Below, piece after piece: positions 1 to 10,845 of a stretch of DNA of 64,000 nt. The stretch spans positions 5,289,149 to 5,353,148 of the forward strand of contig MU058213.1 of the NCBI GenBank assembly GCA_013265495.1, given 5' to 3'. The first letter of the stretch is position 1. Each line of letters begins with the position of its first letter. Origin of the DNA: Vicugna vicugna. Lineage: Eukaryota. Both the position numbers and the translations under genes were made by a program. The notes under the pieces were generated by a model. It saw only the letters and a list, made by a program, of their open reading frames with translations, was not told where the DNA came from and searched no databases.

Positions 1-430
1 GGACCCGAGCCGGGCCGGCGGCCCAGGAGAAGAGACCGCCGGGCTGCGAGGCCAGCCTGGCGAGGGACCCCTCCTCCCCCTTTGACGGGTCCAAGCGGGG
101 CCGACGCCTTCCCCGCAGCAGTCGGGACCCGGAGAGTCGGACCACAAGGCAGCGGCAGATGCGGTTTGGGAGGGAGCCGTTGACGGCGACCCTCAGCGCC
201 GCGCGGCAGGTTGGGGCGAGTCCCCGACGAGTCCCAAGACCTGGCGGGGCTTCAGAAGCCCCAACCCCACGGACGGGGTTTCCCTCTGCTGCGCGGGGAC
301 GACAGGCTGGCCCAGAAGACCCTGGCCTCCGACTCTGTCACGCCGCCAGAGCTTTACCCCTAACAGACCACGGAGAGGAAGAAAGGTTCTAGAAAGTCTC
401 CGTGGACTGCAGGCCCTCGCGACGCCTTAC

Positions 431-547
431 CTTGGTGTACTTGATCTCCAGGTTGGGCGTGGGCGACGGCAGGAGGTGCAGGGACGCCATGAGGGCGGCG
501 GGGTCGGCCTTCACCTCGCCGGGCATCTCAATCTCACTGGAAGTCAT
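431..547 (-). CDS. ALDH1A2: Retinaldehyde dehydrogenase 2 (RALDH2), coding part of exon 1; the gene continues off the left edge
   Basis: The reverse complement translates to MTSSEIEMPGEVKADPAALMASLHLLPSPTPNLEIKYTK (39 codons, 117 nt), the recognisable ALDH1A2 N-terminus, followed by the phase-0 donor AAG|GTAAGG (intron begins at 430 on the minus strand). Confidence 0.98.
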
Positions 548-632
548 GGAGGCGGGCGGAGGTCTCGCTCGCCCGCGGCGTGGGCTGTGCGGGCTGTGCG
601 CGCGGTCCGCGGGCCGGGGGCGCGCTCGCCTG

Positions 633-670
633 TATATAGGCAGGTGTCAAGCTGGGGCTCTTCTTATTGG
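633..670 (-). promoter_or_regulatory. ALDH1A2: ALDH1A2 core promoter: TATA box (633-638) and CCAAT box (666-670); predicted TSS near 605
   Basis: Minus strand reads CCTATATACA about 86-91 nt upstream of the ATG, with CCAAT about 30 nt further upstream and GC boxes nearby. Confidence 0.85.
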
Positions 671-2379
671 ACGTGAGGGCCGAGGCGCGGGGGGCTGGTC
701 CATCCTACCTAGGACGCCCCGGCGCGGCCCCGATTTACATAAAGCCCGCCGCCTGCGCCGCGCGGCCGGGACGCTCGGGGCCCACGGTCAAGTGCGCCCG
801 GCGCTTCTCCCCACCCTCCGGCCGCGGGGACCAGCCCACGCCCACGCCGCCGCCGCTGTCCTCGACGGCGGGAGCGCAAACCTGAGCCGCGACCGCTCGC
901 GGCTCAGCCGGCGGGACCGGCCTCTCTCTGAACCGGGCAGTGTCGGCGGGAGGCACACCTTGGCCGATGTCGGGCGCAGGTCGTGGCCCCGGAAGCCTGG
1001 CCGGCGGGGACGGGCGGGGTACCCAAGTGGCCCGGCACTGATTAGGCCCCGAGAGTGGGACGCAGTGTCGGCGGGAGAAGCCCCGGGCGCTGAGGGGGCC
1101 GGACCGAGAATGGGGCGAGTGACGCTGCAGCGGGAGCGGAGATCCCCTTCGGCACGGGGCCCGCGGAAGCCCGGCTCCCCTCCTCTCCCGAGGACCAGCG
1201 GGGCGCCCTCCGCTTTCCTTCTCCGGGCAGGATCGCCGGGCCCTCGGCCGCGACCCCGCCCCACGCACACCCACTCCCCGAAACCGGGCCCAATATGCGC
1301 GGTAGCCACAGGGTCAGGGACCGGTAGTGATGAGCGAGAGTCCTTCGCCCCACACTTAAAATGAGGATCCCCAGGAGCGGGTCGACGCCGCGCGTCCCTC
1401 GCCAGGACTCTCCCGCCCAGCTGCTGCCCTCTGCTGGCGGGACGGCTCCGGGCGGTCTGGGCTGCGCCGGGAGGATGGGGCCTTGGTCCTCATTCGCTCC
1501 AGAGTTGCAAGTTGCATTGGCCCCTCTGGTCTTTCTCGGATCCCTCTTTCCAACCCTTACTCTCTTCGCCCCCAAACACATAGGAACACACTAGTTTTGC
1601 TTTTCTGTTGTTCTTCACGCTAACAGCTATCATCCTGCCAGACACAGGGCTTTTCACTTAACTGCCCCTTTGTGGTTGAACTCCCATAACTATACCCTGC
1701 TAAATTAAGCGTTTCCTTAGCTCCAACAGGTTTTCTTCTTGTTTGTGAGACTCTAGAGGTCAGCATATAGGTCTACATCAAGAACACAGAGACCCCATGT
1801 CAGAATGGGCTTTGGGCTCAGTAGGCTAAATCTGAGGTCCAGATTAAAAAGACCTTTATAGATCACTTCGCCTCCTCACTCCCAATGTAAACCTGGCAGT
1901 GGGCTACTGATTCCTACCTTAATTGCCATTTTCCGAGTCCTTTTCTTCGGATGTTAAGTGTCAGCCAGAAAAGACCCTGCCTTAGATAATTTTAGTAATT
2001 AGAACTGTCTAATGATTAGTGCTTGGATGCTCAACACCAGTGGAAATAAACAAAAATATTTCATTTTAGTATTAGGTCTGAAGAAATAACGTCCAGCCTC
2101 TCAGAACCCAGAGTGTCTACACAAGGTTACCAGAGTGCATTGTTTTTGTGGAAAAACTATGAACCTTAGCTAAGGCAGTTGTGAGGTTTCAATTCACAGG
2201 GGATCTTGATGGCCCCAAATTGTGTCTTAATAGAAATATATGTTCATGAGATATAGAATTTCATTAAAATCTTAGAGGGTTATAGATACAATTAAGAAAT
2301 TAAAAAGTAAGGTTAGTTAGTTGAAGAGAAAGGGAGAAGTTAGCAGCAAGGGAAATCGGTGATGCTTGTGGAACAATTA

Positions 2380-2880
2380 GGCAAACATATTCTGAGTGCC
2401 TTCCAACACAAGGCACAGTGCTAGAGACTGGGCTGCAAACAACAGAGAGCTCTTGCCACTAGTGAGCTTAAATCCTTCCCTACAGAGAGGTGGATCACTG
2501 ACTATGAGAGTTGTGGGGAAAAGGAATGAAAGAGCAACAACAACATGACCTGGGTGCCCCACCAAGGAAGAGGCCAGCTCTCTGGGGACACTGACCTTCG
2601 AGCTGAGCCTTAAAGGACAGATCAGGCTTCAACAATGAAGAGAAGGACAGTATAGGCAGAAGAGTCCACAAGAGCAAAGGTGTAGAGAATGCTTTTTAGG
2701 GGACATCAGTTGTGCTGGGGAAGCAGCAGAGGAGGCTGGGCAAGGCAGTTGTCTCAAGCTTGTAAAGACTTTGATCTTGAGACCCTGAGAAGGAGAAGCA
2801 TCAAAAGATTCCGAGGCAGAGAAAAGGGAAATCTGTATAAATTGAACTGATAAATGAATATTGTCAGGAAAGACTGTCAC
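2380..2880 (-). mobile_element. L2 LINE fragment
   Basis: Degenerate antisense L2 3'-end pattern (caaacatattctgagtgcc...aggcacagtgctagag). Confidence 0.6.
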
Positions 2881-3174
2881 AAACCAGAAACCATTGATTT
2901 ATATTCTTCTCGAAGCATAGGACAAGGGTGTTCACCTTTGACTCACCCCTGGTGTGCTAACTACAGTTCCACCACCATGGCTGGAAGGAACAGGATGATG
3001 GAATTATTAGCATTTGTTACACAGTGAGGAAGAGCAATAAAGAGACTCCCTTCTTGTTTAGGCAGGAAAAAGAGGGTCTCTTGGCTTCTTCTCCTAAACA
3101 TCTCCAAAAGGTCTAGTACAGTGACAGATGACAGACTAGTTTGAATCGTTCCCTAATGGCTTCCTTTGTGTAAG

Positions 3175-3325
3175 ACTTACTCTCCAACTAGACAGTAGAG
3201 AAGTGTGTTGAAGTGTGTTGTCAGCGCAGGAACTGTGTTGTCTATTCCTCTTGCACCTTCCTCAATTCCTAAAACAGTGTGGAGCACATAGTACCTATTT
3301 AATAAGAATTTTTGTTGAGTGGTTT
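3175..3325 (+). mobile_element. L2 3' end
   Basis: gcacatagtacctatttaataagaatttttgttgagtg resembles the L2 terminus. Confidence 0.6.
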
Positions 3326-5106
3326 GAGCAAAAAGCAAAATATATTCTCTATAGTGCTGTTGACCGCTTCAATGGCAAATGAAGCTAACTTTCCTATGCT
3401 CTCTGATTAAGGAATATTTCCTCTTCCTGATCTTAAGTTTTGGTTTGCTTTTCCCCATCTTTTACTCTAACCTTGTCTGTTCATAGATTTCTAAGAATTT
3501 TTTTTCTTCGTATAATCATCCTCTTTCCTCCAATCTTCAGTTCATGATTATGGCCATTTTTTGTCCAAACTCTTTAATTCGAGATGGGAAACAAGATTTA
3601 GCAGAAAAGAACAGTGAATTATAACTACTTCTTCAGTTTTCTTGGTTTCTATGAGTAGAATTTATTCTGCTGTTAACTTACTTTGAAAGCTGCCTTGACA
3701 TCTCTTCTCTCACGTTCTTATTCTTTCCTCCTCTTCTCTTTCTTTTATTAACTCGTTTTATTGTCCTCTCATTTCTTCCATAGAGTTCACAATGGTTAAA
3801 GTGGCAATCTTTAACTATCTTCAGATTTCTAACATTTTGAATTTCGGTCTTTTCCTTGATTTTGTTAAACATTTTTCCCACCCTTATAATGTTTCCTTCT
3901 CTCACCCTCCCCCATCTGTAATTATTTATTGTTTAGGATACATCTTGCTTAAAACCCCCTGCACAAGGGAACGTAAGCTACAACATGCTCTATTTATTTC
4001 CTTGTGAAAACAATTTATTAGGCCTGGTGGAGCCAATATCCTGGAGTTGTAGAGGAGAAAAATAAATTCTTGCCTCATATTTCCTCACCTAAAGAGTAGA
4101 ATGCAAAGTTGTAATTTTCAGGCATCAGCTTTATGTGAAGCTTGACTTTAAGGTATGAAACCATAGCAATTTAGGCTTCTTTTCAGATTGCTGTTAAGGG
4201 GGAGGGGGAAGTACTTTTTTAAACTGAGAAACATCTTTTAGAAATCAATGAGGGGAATTAAGTGAAGCACAAAGATTCCTTCCAACGAAGGAATCTTTCT
4301 GGTGTTGACAATAACTGAATGTCCAGCTTGAACTTCAGACTTCCATGTTCAGGGGCTATTTCAGCCTCAAGTGGTCCTGCTTAATTGCCTTCCTGTTCCC
4401 ATCACTAACCATGATGACAGCCTACCTTTTCTAGCAGATAACACTTGCGTTTTAATTTATCTGCAAAAATAAATCACACATTATAGCATTTCCTTCTTCT
4501 GGGTTAATTGAATCAGTTCCTTAAATGTCTCTAAGTCTAATGATTTGAAAGGGGCACAGTGTTTGAAATATTTAAAAAATTAGGGCCCTTGGGTTGTATG
4601 CAGAATGATCTCAGAGCTTATTTCAGATATGTGTTTCCTAATGATCTCATTCATCTCAAATGGGTTATGCTCAGCTACTTTATTTGAAATGTTTCCTGAA
4701 AACTAACAGGAAAGATTAATGCAAGGCATATTTATAGAGAAATGGTATTTAATATATTAACAAAAGCTTATAAAGAGCTTTACATATTTTTATCCAGAAA
4801 TGCTTAATGAAGTATTTTGGACCCATTATGAAAAATTCTATAAAATAAATTCACTTATATTTTTTGTTTAACAGGAATATTAACTTTTTATTTGGGATCT
4901 AAACACTCACTTAATTATCCTTTTCCTTCCCATATCTAGAAGAAAAGAGGCTAAGATCGTGGCGTTTATTAACCATAAAAATTCTCTTCATATTGAGTCC
5001 CTCATGTCTGATGTGGCCTCTGGTCATTATATACTATGGAAAAGGCTATTTATAGTTGCAGGGAGTAGATTCCTAATTGGTTATGACTCCAAAAGTCATG
5101 TTTTGA

Positions 5107-5140
5107 TAAAAAAAACAAAAACAAAAACAAAAACAAAAAC
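5107..5140 (+). repeat. (AAAAAC)n-like simple repeat
   Basis: aaaaaaaacaaaaacaaaaacaaaaacaaaaac read directly. Confidence 0.9.
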
Positions 5141-5529
5141 CCACAATTCCTTCCTTTTAAAATATGTCCTCCACTTTTTTGAGAACCTCAGGAGACTATT
5201 TTAAAAGTGGAAACTAGAGTCCTCTTTGTTGTAAAGCCCAGTTCCACCTCATACGTGTTTTAGAGGCTTTAATTTGGGTGTAGAGATGAGCTCAATGCTC
5301 TATCAATAATCACACTTAACAGGCATGGGGAGAAAGTAAAATTCCAGCTATGCAGCCGTTTCTAACGTGCCTGAGGAGAAAGGCACTAGCTCCCTCTGCA
5401 GTTGATGGTATGTATGTGCACGTGAATATTGTTATTTAGAAAGTAATAGCTTGGAGTCAATGTACATATTTTATCCGATATTGATGGGAAATCTTTAGAT
5501 GTTACAGTTTTAATTTGAATTACTTAGGG

Positions 5530-6133
5530 GAGATGATCGTGTGGTTTGTGTCCTTTCTCCTGTCGACGTGGTATATCACGTTGGTTGATTTGCATATGTT
5601 GAACCATCCTTGTGTCCCTGGGATGAATCCAGCTTGATCATTGTATATGATCTTTTTTACATGCTGTTGGATTCTGTTTGCTAATATTTTGTTGAAGATT
5701 TTTGCGTCTATGTTCTTCAGTGATATTGGCCTGTAATATTCTTTTTTTCGGTAGTGTCTTTGTCTTGTTTTGGTATCAGAGTGATGGTGGCTTCATAGAG
5801 TGAGTTTGGGAGTACTCCCTCCTTTTCAATCTTTTAGAAGAGTCTGAGAAGGACTGATATGAGTTCTACTTTGTATGTTTGGTAAATTTCCCCAGTGAAG
5901 CCATCTGGTCCTGGACTTTTGTTTGCAGGCAGGTTTTTTGTTGCTAACTCTATTTCATTTCTAGTGATCGGTCTGTTCAAGTGGTCTATTTCTTCTTGAT
6001 TCAGTCTTGGTGGACTGTATGTTTCCAGAAACTTGTCTGTTTCTTCTGGGTTGTCCAATTTGTTTCCATATAGTTGTTCATAGTATTCTCTTATAGTATT
6101 TTGTATTTCTGTGGTATTGGTTGTCATTTCTCC
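5530..6133 (-). mobile_element. LINE-1 ORF2 internal fragment (region before and at the start of the RT domain)
   Basis: ORF 5834..6127 reads [20 protein letters not shown]...[11 protein letters not shown]. After a stop the similarity continues ([26 protein letters not shown]). Flanked by TGAATTACTT repeats. Confidence 0.95.
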
Positions 6134-7664
6134 TGAATTACTTTAGAGGGAAAAAAATCAACGAGATCCAGACAAATTTTACCCTGCAGTCAGCTTAGGA
6201 GAGGGACTTTCATTAAAAAAACCTTGTGACTTTTAAGAAAAGAGTGATGGGGTTCATTAGCCAAATTTACCATAAAAGATGCAATACTTGGAACCCTATA
6301 GTCCCACTCACATGGTAGTTATGAGCAGGCAATAGCCCAGAGAAAGTCACATGGGTATGTCTCAGACTGGAAGCAACTACCATCGTGGGTGAGGAAGAGT
6401 TACTAACAGGCAAGCCCCAGAATCTTTTTCCTCGCCCAGATAAGCACTTGGCACGTAACTAAGTGAAGTTTGCTTTTCTGTTTTCCTTTTGTATTCATTA
6501 CTTTACATTTTTCTTTTTACTTTTAAAATTCTTCATGTGTACACATAACTCTTAACTGTCACTACTTACTTTAGAACTCTCTTGTTCTCAAACATAAGCT
6601 TCTTCTCCAAGTCCTCCTGCCCTTATACAGTCATTCAGCCAAAGGGTCTTTGGGCATAAGGAAATCTTACAGGAACTTGGGTGATATTTGGGGCAGGGAT
6701 CCGTGTTCATGTGCACTAGTAAACGAGGCTAGATGAACAGTCATTGTTCCACTTTACATTCTGGAATGAGCCTCTGAAAAAATAATGAGGAGCACTTTAG
6801 ATGTCTTGACAACAGAAGGAGAATGCCAGCCTCTTTCTTCTCAACCACATAGTTCAGTCTGAGAGGCATAGGGCGAGAATGGGAAGTATTCAGAGCCAGG
6901 ACACAGGCATCTAGTTTGGACATCCAAGCCCGGACAACAAAGGAGGGTCTTTTGCTTCAAGCGTACATATTCACCCTTTCAGAGCATCTGTGACTCACTG
7001 ACTGCATTGTCAAGCCTGGATTTTTTTTTCTCCCTCTATCAATCAACTAGCTTCAACTGAACAAATATTCACTGACAATACATTATGAGCCAAGCACTTA
7101 CATATAGTCTATGGGGAACCAAAAGGAAGTGTGTGGAATGACAGTAACTGCATATGTGAAATAATTCAAGGGCCATATGAGACAGGAAAGAAGTCAGAAT
7201 ATACAATGCAGAATGAGAGCGAAAGAGTATAATGCCAGAAAGGAGGTGACCTGTTCACCAATACTTTTGGTGGGGCTTTCCATGGGCCCTGTACTCTTCC
7301 AGTTGCCATGGAGGACATAAGACACAGGAGATAAAGCTAACATTTTCCAAAACATGCCCAACAAAGAACTCCTTTGACATTTTTTGGTGTAAAGGTAACT
7401 CATGGTATCCAAAAGCAAAAGTTTGGACTTGGGATTGCTTCCCACTTCCCAAATCCTAGTTACACGTTCTCAAGTAAAAGAGCTTTTGGTACAGACCTCG
7501 CCAGAAGAGAAGATGAATAGGGACTAAGGGCAGCTTAGTTTTCCCCATGTAGGAACAAAAGAGAGCAGGCAGTAAGTCGGACACCAGTTCACGTTTCTAA
7601 TGCTTACATACCTGCCATGGATTGATATAGCCCCTTCACTCCTGCTATTACACTCATGGAATAG

Positions 7665-7850
7665 TCTAATGGCTTTTAACCCGAGTTCTAATTATAATCA
7701 TTTAGATAACTTTTAAAAACATGGATGCCAGGTCCCACTTCCAGAGATTTCCTTAGTCCCAAGGCATTTCACTGGGCCCAAGGCATTGATATTTTCAACA
7801 AAGCTTCCTGGTGTCTATGAGACACAACACAGTTTGTGAAGCACTGGTTG
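7665..7850. mobile_element. MER5-like hAT-Charlie non-autonomous DNA transposon
   Basis: ttaaaaacatggatgccaggtcccac..ccagagatt..gggcccaaggcattgatattttcaacaaagcttcc pattern. Confidence 0.6.
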
Positions 7851-9249
7851 ACCCACAGAAGGTTAACTCTGTGGGGTTACTTGGGTCCACTCTGCAGTGG
7901 ATTGGGAAAGTCAATTCCATGCTGCCCACTTCGTAGTGCTCTTTGATTTGCTATTTTTAATTTACTATTTGAAAAACACATCAAGCCTCAAATGGATTGA
8001 CCTTTCTGCTAATGTATTTCACCTAAATTAACGGAGGCAATTAACTAATTTATATTGGAATTGTGCACTTTCCAGTTCACATTTATCAACTCTTAAATGC
8101 TTGATCTGGTGTTGCAGTTTAAATTTTTTATTATTACCCTTTAAATCTGAAGAAATGTCTTACATCTAATTAGCCAAACTTACATATTCAATTAATAGAT
8201 TCATTACAGGCTAATGAATATGGAGGCAGCACCAGGGCAACATCTGCTTGCCGGTTGGAAAGACTCAAACTTATCTGCTATGAAAAAAGAAGAATCTGGT
8301 ATATAACTAAAACAGCTCGAGCCTTCAGTTTTAACATTTCTGTGTACTATAATGCTCTTAAGGGGTTTTATAGGCCTGCTAACCTGAAAAAACAGTACAT
8401 GGCCCAGAGATAGCAGCCTTTTCAGAGAAATATGGAAATCAGAACTGCAAAAGAAATATACATCTGAAGACACTTTTCAATATGAAAATATACAGGTCCA
8501 GATTGTCATCTCAAATTATTGAGTTTTTCTAACCTGAGGTTTTCATTAAAAATGCTTAAGATAACAAACTCAGTGAGAAAATTAATATTTCAAATTAAAT
8601 AAAACTTTAATTTACTATAATATACTTTAGGATCATTCTAAATTCATGTGACTTTATGTATTTTAAGATATGGCCAGACATTACTTTGGGAACTAGATGT
8701 TTCAGCAGTCAATTAGATTTGGAATCTAGATAATTCAGAGATCTAAAATATATTTCCACAATATTTTCAGTTATTAAAATTCTGGCTTTTTATTTCTCTG
8801 GCTATGAAGATATAGTCATTTTAAGTAACTATGAAAAATCCTTCTGTTTCAGGAAAGGTGGGTGAGAGGTAGAATTCACTTGAATTAGAGGTGGCAAGAC
8901 TATGAGGAAAATAATAAGAAATCACTTCCAAAGCATGTGGTCTCTTCCACATCAAAGTAAGAATTAAACAAGTGATTTTGGACTACGTTTGAATATTTCA
9001 GGACATGTGTATGCTACTCTATTGGGGCCTTAAAAGCCTTCTTTCCCCTTCCATTTTACACTCCTTACATTCAGGATGGCACTTGGATTATTAAAAGACT
9101 GTATTTCTTACTTCCAATTATACAAGCTCAAAGTCCCAATATCCTTGCTAGAGTATCAAGTGCACATTAACCAGATATTCTAAAAATGAATTATTACACT
9201 ACTTGTATGTCTAATAGTGATGACTTCTTACGTACCTAGGGCTGGCAGG

Positions 9250-10845
9250 CCTCCCCAGGAGTATGAAAAATAAAACCATAAGGTCGAGTCACATCTCAAG
9301 AAATTCACAACTTGAGTTTCATAAGGAAAATCTTCATAACTGACAACAAATATACAAGATTGAACACGTTTCAAGTGTGGTTTAACCTCTTCAGGACCTG
9401 AAAAATGGTGCCAATATGAGTAACTCTTGTTCACACTCTTCTCAGTAGACGTTAAGGAGCACAAAAAAAGAGGGTTGGTGGGGAGGCACCTCCTGTGCTT
9501 AGAGGGACTGGAAGGAGACCACATAAGCTACACCTGAGTGAGAGGAATGTCAGCCCTGGTACTCAACTGTAGGGGGCCCTGCAGTTACACATACACAAAA
9601 CGAAAATTCAATGAAGACTATTTGGGTACCTCTGTCATTCAGGATCTGACTCTCAGTGCTGGTCACCCTGAACATCCACGGTCACAGTTAACCCCATCCA
9701 GGTCTCAAGGAAGTGCTCTTCCTCATCTCTTGTCGTGTGTCTGAAAACAAAAGATAACATTGAAATGCTGGCAGATGAGTCTGCTAAGTGGCTGTCATCA
9801 TCAGAGTGCAGGCAGGATATGAGCAGGGCCAGCACGGAGATGAGAGAGAAGACAAATGAAGTAATTTATCAGATCCTTCCTCTGAGATAGCATGAAGGTA
9901 GCAGATTCTTCAAAAGCGGAAGTATTGTCTCCCAAGACTGCCAAGTGTCCGTTTTCTTGCTTCTCTTTGTGTTCCAACTGGTGGTTTTTTAACATGGTAG
10001 GTAATCTTAACAGTTCTCTGTCTTAACTGAGGGATATTTTACAACATTAAATAATTTATAATACGCTAACACTGTGTGTGTATGTAGGTCCAGACATAAC
10101 ATGCAGTAAGTGTGATATTGATTCTTTATCTTGGCAACTAGATGGACATAAATATCTAGAATCTCTAATAGTTTAAAAATTTATAAAAATATTTTTTGAG
10201 ATATAATTATATTTTTAAAAACTGAGTAATTTTATTAAGTTTGATACTCAATTTTCATTTCTATTTTGCCTTTTAATACAAATTTAAAATATTTTAGAAA
10301 AATAATTTTTTTGAAAATGTCTATAAGAAATACTTTGTTTCTATTTTTATCAATTAACATTTCTGATGAACTGTATTCAGATTTTTTACACTTCAAATAT
10401 AAATCCTTTTAAAAAGAAACTTAAATTATTACTGTCAATATCACTGAATTATATGAAAATCTTGGTTATAACAATATAATGATTTTGATGAAATAAAGGC
10501 AAAGCTCTATTTTGTGGAATAAACATATAATTTATGTGTCATGCATGTCTTTATCTTATTACTTACACAAACATTACTGGTGCATCAGCAGAGCACTAAG
10601 ACATACACAATAATAATGAGATTCAGTATCTTGATATTTTGCTGACTTTCAGTCAAATAAAAGGTATAGCTTTACATATGTAAACATTTTGCCAACATGA
10701 AGATCTATTTGTTAAAGCAGTAGATAATCTTCCATATAACAATTTATAGGTCTAGTTAAAAATTACAAAATATGAATATGTATGGTGTTTGGGTCTCCAT
10801 TTGTCCTCTTTATCTGGACTCCACAAATATTAGAGGTGGGCGCAG
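9250..10845 (-). mobile_element. hAT-Tip100 (Zaphod/MER115-like) DNA transposon relic
   Basis: The reverse complement of about 10700-10845 (ctaatatttgtggagtccagataaagaggacaaatggagacccaaacaccatacat) matches my recollection of the MER115/Zaphod terminus. The left boundary is uncertain. Confidence 0.5.

Larger units (their letters stand above)
1..1550. promoter_or_regulatory. ALDH1A2: CpG island over the ALDH1A2 promoter, exon 1 and start of intron 1
   Basis: Very GC- and CpG-rich from the window start to about 1550, then an abrupt change to CpG-poor, AT-rich DNA. Confidence 0.93.

Noticed and set aside
402..1364. 320-aa plus-strand ORF and other overlapping ORFs in the CpG island
   Set aside because: Low-complexity Arg/Pro/Gly/Ala translation expected from stop-poor GC-rich DNA; antisense to the real ALDH1A2 exon; no recognisable domain.
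5834..6127. 97-aa ORF as a host gene
   Set aside because: It is L1 ORF2 sequence, ended by a premature stop inside a truncated fragment.
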